Counted from the first letter of the stretch, positions 17,239 through 25,466 are shown. The stretch: 61,399 bases of DNA from Gemmatimonadota bacterium (GCA_022566515.1 JADFIT010000003.1:1-61399); one strand, 5' to 3'. The notes: generated from the letters alone by a model not told the origin. Made by a program: numbers and translations.

Positions 17239-18675
17239 CTACCCCTTGATCACACCGATGGGCTTGAGCCGGGCTACTTTGCGCGCCAATCCCATCCTGT
17301 CAACCACGTCCACCACCCGATCCACGTCCTTGTAGGCGTGGGGCGCCTCCTCCGCAAGCTCGCTGTTGGAGTGGCAGCGCACGACGATTCCCTTTTTGGC
17401 AAGCTCCCTGCGCACCTCGTGCCCCTGGGCGACGCGTTTCGCCGCACGCCGGCTCATTCGCCTGCCGGCGCCATGGCACGTGCTGCCGAAACTCTCAGTC
17501 ATCGCGCCTTCGGCTCCGACGAGCACCCACGACGCCGTCCCCATGCTCCCCGGGATGAACACCGGCTGGCCTACGCTGCGATAGATCTCCGGTATCTCGG
17601 GATTATTGGGACCGAATGCGCGGGTCGCTCCTTTGCGGTGCACGCAGAACTGCTCGCCGCCGTATTCCTCCACTTTGGCGATGTTGTGGGCGACGTCGTA
17701 GACGAGCCTCAGACGCCCGGCGTCGCCGAACGCGCGCTCGAACACTCCGCGGACGGTATGGGTAATCGTCTGGCGGTTCGACCATGCGAAGTTCGCCGCA
17801 GCACACATCGCACCAAAATACGCACGCCCCTCAGGCGAATCGAACGGCGCACAGGCCAACTCGCGATCCGGCAGCTCGATCCCGTACTTCGGCATGACTC
17901 GATCCATCTCGCGCACGTAGTCGGTGCACACCTGGTGTCCCAATCCCCGCGAGCCGGTGTGGATGAGCACCGTGATACGCCCGGTCTCCAAGCCAAGTAC
18001 CTCGGCTGCAGCGCTGTCGAACACCTGCTCCACAGTTTGGATCTCCACGAAGTGATTCCCCGAGCCCAAGGTGCCCAGCTGAGTGGAACCGCGCTGGCGG
18101 GCCCGCTGCGATACCTGCGCGGGATCCGCTTGCGGCAGGCTCCCGCCTGACTCGGTGGCGTCAATGTCTTCGGGCAACGCCAGTCCCCGTTCCACGAGAT
18201 ACTTGCACCCCTCGACGAACACTCGGTCGAGTTCATGATCCGTCAGCCTGAGTTCGCCTCCGCGTCCCGTTCCCGATGGGACGCTACGACTGAGGTTGTG
18301 GACCAGATCTTCCAGCCTTCCGCGAAGGTCGGCGACGGTAAGCTCCGAGGCCAGCAGGCGTACTCCGCAGTTGATGTCGTAGCCCACGCCGCCGGGAGAG
18401 ATGACACCGTCGGAGATCCGAAACGCCGCAACGCCTCCTACGGGAAAGCCGTAACCCTGGTGCACGTCGGGCATGGCGTATGCGCACTCACTGATGCCGG
18501 GAAGGGTCGCAACATTCATGAGTTGCTCCACCGACCGATCGTTGCGGATCTGGCTCCACAGTTCTTCGTCCGCAAAAAAGCGAGCGGGCACCCGCATGTC
18601 ATCGCGTGCTGAGGCGGGCACCTCGTAGACCAACGGGCCGGGGCGTAATATTGATAGCGTCATATCGACTGTCAC
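17239..18675 (-). CDS. rtcB: RNA 3'-phosphate ligase RtcB
   Basis: Family motifs GYDINCGVRLL, GSGNHFVEIQ, HTGSRGLGHQV, GSMGTASWVL, CHGAGR. GTG 18675 overlaps the archease stop as GTGA (alternative ATG at 18663). Confidence 0.93.
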   Translation of the reverse strand: MTVDMTLSILRPGPLVYEVPASARDDMRVPARFFADEELWSQIRNDRSVEQLMNVATLPGISECAYAMPDVHQGYGFPVGGVAAFRISDGVISPGGVGYDINCGVRLLASELTVADLRGRLEDLVHNLSRSVPSGTGRGGELRLTDHELDRVFVEGCKYLVERGLALPEDIDATESGGSLPQADPAQVSQRARQRGSTQLGTLGSGNHFVEIQTVEQVFDSAAAEVLGLETGRITVLIHTGSRGLGHQVCTDYVREMDRVMPKYGIELPDRELACAPFDSPEGRAYFGAMCAAANFAWSNRQTITHTVRGVFERAFGDAGRLRLVYDVAHNIAKVEEYGGEQFCVHRKGATRAFGPNNPEIPEIYRSVGQPVFIPGSMGTASWVLVGAEGAMTESFGSTCHGAGRRMSRRAAKRVAQGHEVRRELAKKGIVVRCHSNSELAEEAPHAYKDVDRVVDVVDRMGLARKVARLKPIGVIKG

Positions 18676-19103
18676 ACGTCAAGGACCACTTCTGCTTCCA
18701 CGTCACCCCCACCCCCACCCCCACCCCCACCCACCTGCCGAACCGAAAGGCCGTGATGCGTGGCAGCCTTCACCAGGGCCGGAGCTTCATCCACCGCCAC
18801 TCCTCGCGCCCGCGCCGACAGCATCGTGTCGGTGGCAGCCACGATTTCTATTTCCACTGCTATCCACCGTTCGACCTCCGCGTGGAAGATCAACTCGTTG
18901 AGCCAATCGACCAACAGAGCCTCGCGATCGGTGGCGTTGACCTCGAGGGCCCGCCACTGTCCCGTTGACGACGCCGGCCGGCCTCGAAGCATCAGCTTCC
19001 CCAATCCTCTCGCCGCCTCGGCGAGCAACTCCGCAAATGAGGATGCGCGGATGCGCAGTCCCAGCTCGGAGGTGTGGTCGAAGAATTCGTGAGAGGCGCT
19101 CAT
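18672..19103 (-). CDS. Archease (RtcB activator) with a poly-Gly insertion
   Basis: ATG 19103 gives MSASHEFFDHTSELGLRIRASSFAELLAEA..., a typical archease N-terminus. The track extension to 19328 overlaps the divergent gene. The G9 run lies near the C-terminus. Confidence 0.85.
   Translation of the reverse strand: MSASHEFFDHTSELGLRIRASSFAELLAEAARGLGKLMLRGRPASSTGQWRALEVNATDREALLVDWLNELIFHAEVERWIAVEIEIVAATDTMLSARARGVAVDEAPALVKAATHHGLSVRQVGGGGGGGGGDVEAEVVLDV
18705..18735 (-). repeat. Hexanucleotide repeat (GGGGGT)4 plus degenerate units; G-quadruplex-type motif on the sense strand
   Basis: The plus strand reads ACCCCC x4 then ACCCACC. It encodes the Gly9 run of archease and ends about 30 nt upstream of the rtcB start. 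Confidence 0.85.
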
Positions 19104-19221
19104 CTTTTTCTGATACCATCTGAGTCCATGCAGTACACGCGTCTCCACTTGGACGAGGCAGCCGATTACATTCTCTCCACCTCTATTGTACGAAAGCTCA
19201 CCCCGACCCATCGGACTCGCA

Positions 19222-20142
19222 ATGAGACACATTGCTGCGTCACTGCTTCTCACCGTGACCTCTCTTGGGGGGGCCGGGGCCCAAAGCAACGGTAATGCTC
19301 CTCTAGTCCTCGAACTGCCGGCCAGCACTCGCGCCCTCGGCTTGGGGGGAGTCTTCGTCCTTTCGGGGACGACCAGCGAAGCGGTGCTTCACAATCCCGG
19401 TCTCATCGACACGGCGCGCGGTTTCGGCGTCGACGTCCAGCGTTACCGGTCGTCGGGCACGCTGGGTACTGTTTCCGCTGCCACCGCTCTCGGCAGTGGT
19501 GGGCTCGCAGTGGGAGTGCAGATCTTGTCGTTCGCTATGTCCGGCGCGACGGTGGTCGATGTCCCATTCGACGCGGGGGCTCTGCTCCAAAGCGGTCCCG
19601 TGGCCGCGTCGGAAATCGTGGGTACGGTTGGCTACGGGAGAGTCATCAAAGGGTTTCGCTTCGGAGTCGCGGGGAAGGTGCTGGAGCAACGCATAGGAAG
19701 CAACAGGGACGCCACTGCTGCCTTTGATATCGGATTGGTGCGCAGGGTCTTTGGGATCACCTGGGGCGTCGCGGCTCAGAACCTGGGACCAGGCCTAAGC
19801 ACCGGCACCGGCGGCCCCGATATCCCCCTACCCCACCGCATCACATTGGCGGCATCTACTTCCACCCGGCCCGTCGGACCACTGGATCTGCTGGCAACCG
19901 CCGCCGTCTCACGGCGCCGGGACGGCGAGTTCATTCCCGCCGGGGGCATCGAGATATCCTGGTGGCCCATCATCGGTCGCACATTCACGGGGAGAATCGG
20001 GCTGAGGCGCGTGCCCGACGATGGCGCCAGTCCGGTTACTTTCGGGGCGGCGTTTACGGCCGACAACTTTACCATCGAGTACGCGTTGGAACAGTTCGAC
20101 GGCCCAGGGGCCGCCCACCGTTTCGGTCTTCGGTGGCGCTAG
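19222..20142 (+). CDS. Outer-membrane beta-barrel protein, PorV/PorQ-like (FadL-like) family candidate
   Basis: ATG 19222 gives MRHIAASLLLTVTSLGGAGAQ (signal peptide). LELPASTRALGLGGVFV motif and terminal ...HRFGLRWR. Paralogous to 53624-54589. Confidence 0.7.
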   Translation: MRHIAASLLLTVTSLGGAGAQSNGNAPLVLELPASTRALGLGGVFVLSGTTSEAVLHNPGLIDTARGFGVDVQRYRSSGTLGTVSAATALGSGGLAVGVQILSFAMSGATVVDVPFDAGALLQSGPVAASEIVGTVGYGRVIKGFRFGVAGKVLEQRIGSNRDATAAFDIGLVRRVFGITWGVAAQNLGPGLSTGTGGPDIPLPHRITLAASTSTRPVGPLDLLATAAVSRRRDGEFIPAGGIEISWWPIIGRTFTGRIGLRRVPDDGASPVTFGAAFTADNFTIEYALEQFDGPGAAHRFGLRWR

Positions 20143-20224
20143 TACTGCGTATCACAAGCACGGTGGGGTGTTGACCATCGTTCACCGCAGACCGCGGTGC
20201 GATATCACCGCCACATTAGGGTCT

Positions 20225-20346
20225 ACTCACCGCAGAGACCGCAGAGGGCGCAGAGATGAACGGGGTGGATGAGCTTAAACGAAATCATCAGGGCGGCGAT
20301 CGAGGTGCATCGTACACTAATAATCTCTGCGATCTCCGCGGTGAAT
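20225..20346. repeat. Inverted oligo-repeat arms bracketing a GxxExxY gene remnant
   Basis: The left arm ACTCACCGCAGAGACCGCAGAG (20225-20246) matches the reverse complement of the right arm CTCTGCGATCTCCGCGGTGAAT (20325-20346) at 19/22 positions. A further partial copy TTCACCGCAGACCGCGGTG lies at about 20181-20199. Confidence 0.75.
20269..20318 (+). pseudogene. Truncated GxxExxY (PD-(D/E)XK-like) gene remnant
   Basis: ATG 20269 gives MSLNEIIRAAIEVHRTL. This matches the conserved family N-terminus (..NEI..II.AAIEVH..LGPGLLES.Y). The frame then runs into the repeat arm (IISAISAVN), and the GxxExxY core is absent. Confidence 0.55.
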
Positions 20347-20373
20347 ACCTTACCGCAATTCGAGCCCGGAATA

Positions 20374-22314
20374 CTAGTTTCCTGAGGAATCCGCACCCGC
20401 CCCCAACTTGCGAGTGAACGCCGGACTCAATGCCGAGAAGCCGATGTCATCCACCACGACGGTTCCTGCCGGCGTGATGTCGAACAGGAATCGTATGGCG
20501 CGCAATCGCCCGATCACCAGTCGCGGATTCTTCTCCAGAAAATCCTGCAGTAGAATCGAGTAGCTTTGCAACACCAGATCGAAGCTGTCTGCGAAACGCC
20601 TCTCCTCTTGACTCTTGCGCCGCAAGATCTTGATCTGCAGCGGCTTGCGCACCGGCCCATACCGACTGAGCGGGAGCCGGGCGACCTCTCCGCCGGAATC
20701 TTGAACTTCGATCGTCAGGTCGATTCGCTGCTCGTCTTCGTCTTCTTCGTCTTTCTCGGCTTCCGACTCTTCGTCTTCCTCAGAGTCGCCCCCCGCCGCA
20801 GAGCTGTCCCGAGCGGATTTGCGGGGCCTTGGTTTGGCATCGGTGGGCGCCAGGAGAAAGTCCAGCGTCGAGTTCTGATTCAGCTCCCATTCGGCCGGGA
20901 GCGTTGGCGGCAGAGTCACCGTGTAAGACGCCGGCTGGCCCAGCGAATCGGTGTCCGCTCCAGAAACACGGTTGTTCCACCCGAGCCACACCGCTTGGTT
21001 TTCCTGCGAAGCCGACGTGCTCGAGCGGTTGCGTGAGCGCAACATGAGTTTTGCCTCGCGCCACGTACCCAAACTGTCTCCTTGTAGCTTCACCCCCTCG
21101 GCAGTCCCCGAGGTCACGTCAATGTCTTCCTCGAACGTGGCGACCGGCCGGAAGCTGCTTGCTTGAAAGCGGGTGACGTACATCGTCTTCGGCAACCACC
21201 CGCCCACTACCCGATGGTCGCGAAACATCGGCAGATAGTCGTCACGACCCTTTAGGGTCGTTTCGAGGAAGGCCGATATGTAAAGCTTGGTGATCTCTCG
21301 CTGATCTTCCGGATCGAGCAACCGCCGTAGATCGAGAATGCGACCACTGCGTGGACCGTTGTCCTTGTTTCCCCAGACCGTGTTCCATTGCCCGTGATTG
21401 GCCCGGTACACATAGACTGCCGCCTTGAAGTGCGGCTGCCCATCGGTAAATCGCACCCGATGATACATGCGCAGCCCGTGAAAGCTCGTGACGTCCCCAT
21501 CGTGCGAACCGTGAAACACGAGATAGTTCACATTCTCCAGCGGCACATACCTGCCGGTGGGGAGGTACTGCCCGTCCACCGGAGCGATGGCGATGATCGA
21601 GCGGATTCCAAAGTTGAAGTCGAACTCGAGTGATGCGTCGTCCGGGTAGTACTTCAACGTGTTGAACGCCGCGGCGTGGCCCACCGCCTCGCCACCACGG
21701 GAATGCCCGATGAGGGCGACGCGATCCATGTCGACCTTCCCGAAGAACGGATTGTCCTCGTCGGCATCGAACTCACGCCACGCTTCGAGGTGTTTGAGCA
21801 ACAGCCATCCACGGGCATCGTTCTCACCGCGAACTCCACCATTGACAAAGTTTTGGTCGACGGATGTCAGGATGAATCCCCGGCTGGCAAGCAGTTCGCC
21901 CAAGTAGCCATACCCAGGGTCAGAGAAGTCCCGCATGTTGTGGTTTCCGTGTACGATCAACACGAGGGGAAAAGGTCCGTCGCCGTCGGGATACCACACC
22001 CTGCCGTTGATGGGAAAATCTTTCGGTTTGAACCCCCAGTACGAGTTCCGTTCCTTTGCCCGCTGGCCCAGGCTGATCAGCTTTGAGGCGTCTACCGATT
22101 CAGTTTTGATCGATACGGAATCTCGGAACTCGGGTCTCCGTTTGTCGGTTTCACTCCCGTAGTAAAGTCGCAGGACGGGAAACACCCCTGGGCGCGCCGG
22201 ATTGGGGGCATCCAAGAGCTGCTGCGAAAGGACCACATCGGCGTCGTTGGGCGTCAGCTTCATCGCGCTGCTGCAACCCGAGATTGCGCCAAGACCCAGG
22301 ATTGCCACCACCAA
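20374..22314 (-). CDS. Alpha/beta-hydrolase lipoprotein
   Basis: Lipobox LGAISGC, nucleophile elbow GHSRGG, and VLIVHGNH. An acidic low-complexity insert (SEEDEESEAEKDEEDEDE) is present. The start is set at TTG 22314 (or CTG 22338). The upstream 100 codons of the track ORF are translated repeat DNA. Confidence 0.8.
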   Translation of the reverse strand: MVVAILGLGAISGCSSAMKLTPNDADVVLSQQLLDAPNPARPGVFPVLRLYYGSETDKRRPEFRDSVSIKTESVDASKLISLGQRAKERNSYWGFKPKDFPINGRVWYPDGDGPFPLVLIVHGNHNMRDFSDPGYGYLGELLASRGFILTSVDQNFVNGGVRGENDARGWLLLKHLEAWREFDADEDNPFFGKVDMDRVALIGHSRGGEAVGHAAAFNTLKYYPDDASLEFDFNFGIRSIIAIAPVDGQYLPTGRYVPLENVNYLVFHGSHDGDVTSFHGLRMYHRVRFTDGQPHFKAAVYVYRANHGQWNTVWGNKDNGPRSGRILDLRRLLDPEDQREITKLYISAFLETTLKGRDDYLPMFRDHRVVGGWLPKTMYVTRFQASSFRPVATFEEDIDVTSGTAEGVKLQGDSLGTWREAKLMLRSRNRSSTSASQENQAVWLGWNNRVSGADTDSLGQPASYTVTLPPTLPAEWELNQNSTLDFLLAPTDAKPRPRKSARDSSAAGGDSEEDEESEAEKDEEDEDEQRIDLTIEVQDSGGEVARLPLSRYGPVRKPLQIKILRRKSQEERRFADSFDLVLQSYSILLQDFLEKNPRLVIGRLRAIRFLFDITPAGTVVVDDIGFSALSPAFTRKLGAGADSSGN

Positions 22315-22338
22315 CCGCCCACCTTTATGGTCCTTCAG

Positions 22339-22630
22339 GGAATTTCCGGGCAAGTGATTGAAGGGACGATTGTCGACCCTTCCATCCCAGCCCGGATCAG
22401 CCACGGAAAACACGGAAAGCACGGACCCCCGCAGCCCTCCCCGGAAGTTGTGTTGCCCCCCCACCCCCGAAAAGGTGTGGTGGTGAAGGGGAAAAAAGTT
22501 CTGTGGGTTGGGTTGGGGTCCGTGTGTTCCGTGGATTCCGTGGCCATTCACTCCGGACGCGGCGTGTGTCGCGATGGCGGGGCCTTCTTCCTGACGGGAA
22601 CGTCCTTCCCCGGGAATGCCGGATGAACCA
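22339..22630 (+). repeat. Copy 2 (longest) of the composite intergenic repeat: modules A, inverted-arm pair with 99-nt core, B and C
   Basis: Module A is TTTCCGGGCAAGTGATTGAAGGGACGATTGTCGACCCTTCCATC. The arms are at 22390-22417 and 22517-22544 (24/28 complementary). Module B is CCATTCACTCCGGACGCGGCGTGTGTCGCGATGGC. Module C is GGGGCCTTCTTCCTGACGGGAACGTCCTTCCCCGGGAATGCCGGATGAACCA. Confidence 0.85.
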
Positions 22631-22659
22631 CATCTATCCGCCATGTCCCAGAACCTACA

Positions 22660-24177
22660 CTACCCTTCAACCTTGTAGCGCCAGGCAGCAATGCCGTCAC
22701 CGAGGGGATTGAGTTCGAATGGAGCGCTCCCCTTCGGGGCCAAGGTCGTGCCCGAAACCGTTTCCACGGTGACTACTTCCCCCTCAGCATCGACGAACTC
22801 GAAGACCACGTCGGGAACGATCGTATCCTCCTCCTTGAGGTTGGAGATGGTTCCTTGGACTTGGTAACCGGCGTCTGTGGCCTGGAACAGCTCCACCGCC
22901 ACGTCGAACGTCAGCTCCTCCATTCGTTCCAGCAGGTTCCGCGTCGATGTGGTGTCTCCGGTCAGTTGGTAAGCCGCTGCAAGCAAGCGCAGTGTATTCT
23001 CGCTCGACGGATCGATCTCGACGAGGCGCTGCGAGGCCTCCAACATCAGCTTGGCGGCCTCGTCTCGCGCCTTTTCCTCGTCCGGTGACACATCCTCCCC
23101 TTCTTCCCTGTCCGCTGGATTCGCCAAGGCGAAGTAGCTCTGAGCCAAGTTGTACACGCCATCCCGGTAGTGACCGTTCTTTGCCAATCCCACCAGGAAG
23201 GCCCGTACTGACGCCTCAAACCGATCGGCCTGGAACAGGGCGACACCCGCCGAGAATATATCGATGTCGGTCAGGACGTCCGCATGCGCCAGGATCGTGT
23301 CGGTGAATGCTAGCGCGTCCTCATCGCGCCCTGCGGCTTCGAGAACCTGTAGCATGCCGGTGAGCGCCTCCGAGTCCTCGGGAGCCACCTGGCGGTACTC
23401 GGCATACCACACAGCGGCCGAATCCCACTGCTCCAGCATGTGGTGCAACCGACCCGCGTTGAACAACGACGTGACATAGCTCTCCTCGTAGTCCCCCTCC
23501 CTCTGGCCCATCGCAATCGTCTTCTTGAACAAGCGGAGTGCCCCTGCAACGTCTCCTTCGGAGACCAAAACGCTGGCGAGGTAGTAAGGCACAAACGGCT
23601 CGTCGTCCGCAATCAGATCGGCCTTCCTGAAAGCCTCACGGGCGGTCACCAGGTCGTCGCTCCCCAACGCATCAGCGCCTTCGTTGTACAACGGAACCCA
23701 TAGAAACCGCCGCTGGTTGTCGATGTCATCACCACATTCCGGGAACAACGCCTTCGCTTTGGTGAAAGCCGAGTCGGTGGCGATCAACTCGGATTCCCAG
23801 AGTCCGCTTAGGGAATCGCGGAAGCTCACGGAATCACGGCCCGGAGGCACCGGCTCGTGGTACTCGCTGTGCAATGTTGTGGCCGACAACGCGTGGGTCC
23901 GGCCCAGGAAATACCACACCGCGGGGTTCATCTCCTCCCCCCCGTCCAGTGCGTCCATCAGCACGCGCTTCGCATCGGTGATGGAGCGTGCCCGTTGTTC
24001 CTCCGACCGCGTTTCCGTGGCAACCTTCACGTACAATTCCGCGTTCCGTACCAAGAAATGCTGCGTGTCGAGTTCGCAAATGGGTGGCATGTAGATGGTG
24101 AAACCCTGTGCCGACACGGGCCGCACCGAGCCCACGAGAACCACCATAGCCACCCCCGCCAAAACCACCTGCTTCAT
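22660..24177 (-). CDS. Secreted tetratricopeptide-repeat protein
   Basis: Signal peptide MKQVVLAGVAMVVLVGSVRPVSAQ and multiple TPR-like helical pairs. 505 aa. Confidence 0.8.
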   Translation of the reverse strand: MKQVVLAGVAMVVLVGSVRPVSAQGFTIYMPPICELDTQHFLVRNAELYVKVATETRSEEQRARSITDAKRVLMDALDGGEEMNPAVWYFLGRTHALSATTLHSEYHEPVPPGRDSVSFRDSLSGLWESELIATDSAFTKAKALFPECGDDIDNQRRFLWVPLYNEGADALGSDDLVTAREAFRKADLIADDEPFVPYYLASVLVSEGDVAGALRLFKKTIAMGQREGDYEESYVTSLFNAGRLHHMLEQWDSAAVWYAEYRQVAPEDSEALTGMLQVLEAAGRDEDALAFTDTILAHADVLTDIDIFSAGVALFQADRFEASVRAFLVGLAKNGHYRDGVYNLAQSYFALANPADREEGEDVSPDEEKARDEAAKLMLEASQRLVEIDPSSENTLRLLAAAYQLTGDTTSTRNLLERMEELTFDVAVELFQATDAGYQVQGTISNLKEEDTIVPDVVFEFVDAEGEVVTVETVSGTTLAPKGSAPFELNPLGDGIAAWRYKVEG

Positions 24178-24320
24178 TCAGCCGTAATCCTTTCAGTTGT
24201 GCTCCATATGAAACTGCTGCGGCCCTGCACCCCTTCAACCATCACCCTATTAGTACCCACGGGCCGAGACAATTGTGCCGCCTACAAGGCTCCCAACACA
24301 ACCATATAATGTCGCCTGAT

Positions 24321-25466
24321 TCAGCGGTAAAGCCAACCGGCTCCGGTATTGAATACCACCACCGAATCTGTGGATTCTATGCTCCCCTCCAGGACCAATT
24401 TTTCGAGGGCCACCACGGCCGCACCGCCCTCGGGGCACATGTCGATCCCCTCTCGAACCCCTATCCGGTCTGCCGCCGCCTGGAGTTCCTCGTCGGACAC
24501 GGCAAGGGCCTTCCCACCACACTCTTTCAAGTAGCGCAGCATGATCTTCCCCCCCAGCGGGCCCGGTACCCTGAGCCCGTATGCGATGGTCTCGGGGTCG
24601 GGCCATGGTTCGGTGGCCAGCGCGCCGGCCTCGAACGCCTTCACGACCGGCGCGCAACCGGTGGACTGGACGCTGTAGAGACGGGGGAGCTTACCCTCGA
24701 CCCACCCCGCCTCCCTCAGCTCGTTGAAGGCCTTCCACATCCCGATCAGTCCGGTGCCACCGCCGGTTGGGTAGATAATGCAATCCGGGAGGGACCACCC
24801 CAGCTGTTCGGCGATTTCGATCCCCATGGTTTTCTTGCCTTCGATCCGGTAGGGCTCTCGGAGCGTGGACATGTCGAAGGCGCCACTTGCTACGGCATGT
24901 TCGCGGGCAGCCTTGCCGCAGTCGCCGATGTGTCCATCCAGCAAATGCAGATCGGCCCCGAACAGTTCGATCTGCTCCACGATCCGAGGGGGCGTGCTCC
25001 TGGGTGCGTAAACGCGCACCTCGGCTCCAGCCCGCTGGCCGTACGCCGCCAAGGCAACGCCGGCATTTCCCGCGGTAGGAATGACAAACGATTTGGCGCC
25101 GGCGTGCGTCGCCCTGGTGATTGCCGCCGACAGACCTCGGGCCTTGAACGAACCGCACGGATTCTGTCCCTCATCTTTGATCCAGACCGTCGCGACACCA
25201 GTGCCTCTCTCCAGGCTCGGCGCTCGAAGCAAGGGGGTACATCCCTCACCCAACGTGACCGGCTTCTCATCGGGAGCCAGGGGCATCCATTCGCGGTAGC
25301 GCCACATGTTCCAGGGACGGGACGGCAGCAAGGCCTTCGTGTCGGGATGCGGCTTCGTGTCGTAGGCGACGAGCCACGGCTCTCCGAGGCTCGAGACGGT
25401 GGGAAGCCCGGACGCGTCATGCTTTTCGTCGGAAGCCGAGCACACTAACGACCAGTGATATGTCAT
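24321..25466 (-). CDS. thrC: Threonine synthase (PLP-dependent, TrpB-like fold)
   Basis: YREWMPL..VTLGEGCTPLL and the PLP-lysine region SFKARG, plus PTAGNAG. ATG 25466 forms an ATGA overlap with the uvrC stop. Confidence 0.85.
   Translation of the reverse strand: MTYHWSLVCSASDEKHDASGLPTVSSLGEPWLVAYDTKPHPDTKALLPSRPWNMWRYREWMPLAPDEKPVTLGEGCTPLLRAPSLERGTGVATVWIKDEGQNPCGSFKARGLSAAITRATHAGAKSFVIPTAGNAGVALAAYGQRAGAEVRVYAPRSTPPRIVEQIELFGADLHLLDGHIGDCGKAAREHAVASGAFDMSTLREPYRIEGKKTMGIEIAEQLGWSLPDCIIYPTGGGTGLIGMWKAFNELREAGWVEGKLPRLYSVQSTGCAPVVKAFEAGALATEPWPDPETIAYGLRVPGPLGGKIMLRYLKECGGKALAVSDEELQAAADRIGVREGIDMCPEGGAAVVALEKLVLEGSIESTDSVVVFNTGAGWLYR

Noticed and set aside
16804-18150. 448-aa plus-strand ORF
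   Set aside because: It is antisense to rtcB, whose identity is unambiguous. Its composition is low-complexity and Arg/His-rich.
19104-19328. Upstream 75 codons of the archease track ORF
   Set aside because: It overlaps the divergent PorV-like gene. The archease family N-terminus (MSASHEFFDHTSE) begins at the internal ATG 19103.
22315-22644. N-terminal 110 codons of the 756-aa track ORF (MADRCGSSGIPGEG...HGIHGTHG...SVLSVFSV...)
   Set aside because: This stretch is the translated composite repeat (copy 2). The mature protein starts with a lipoprotein signal (LVVAILGLGAISGC) right after it, so the extension is an ORF-finder artefact.
24273-25448. 391-aa plus-strand ORF
   Set aside because: It is antisense to thrC and has no recognisable motif.
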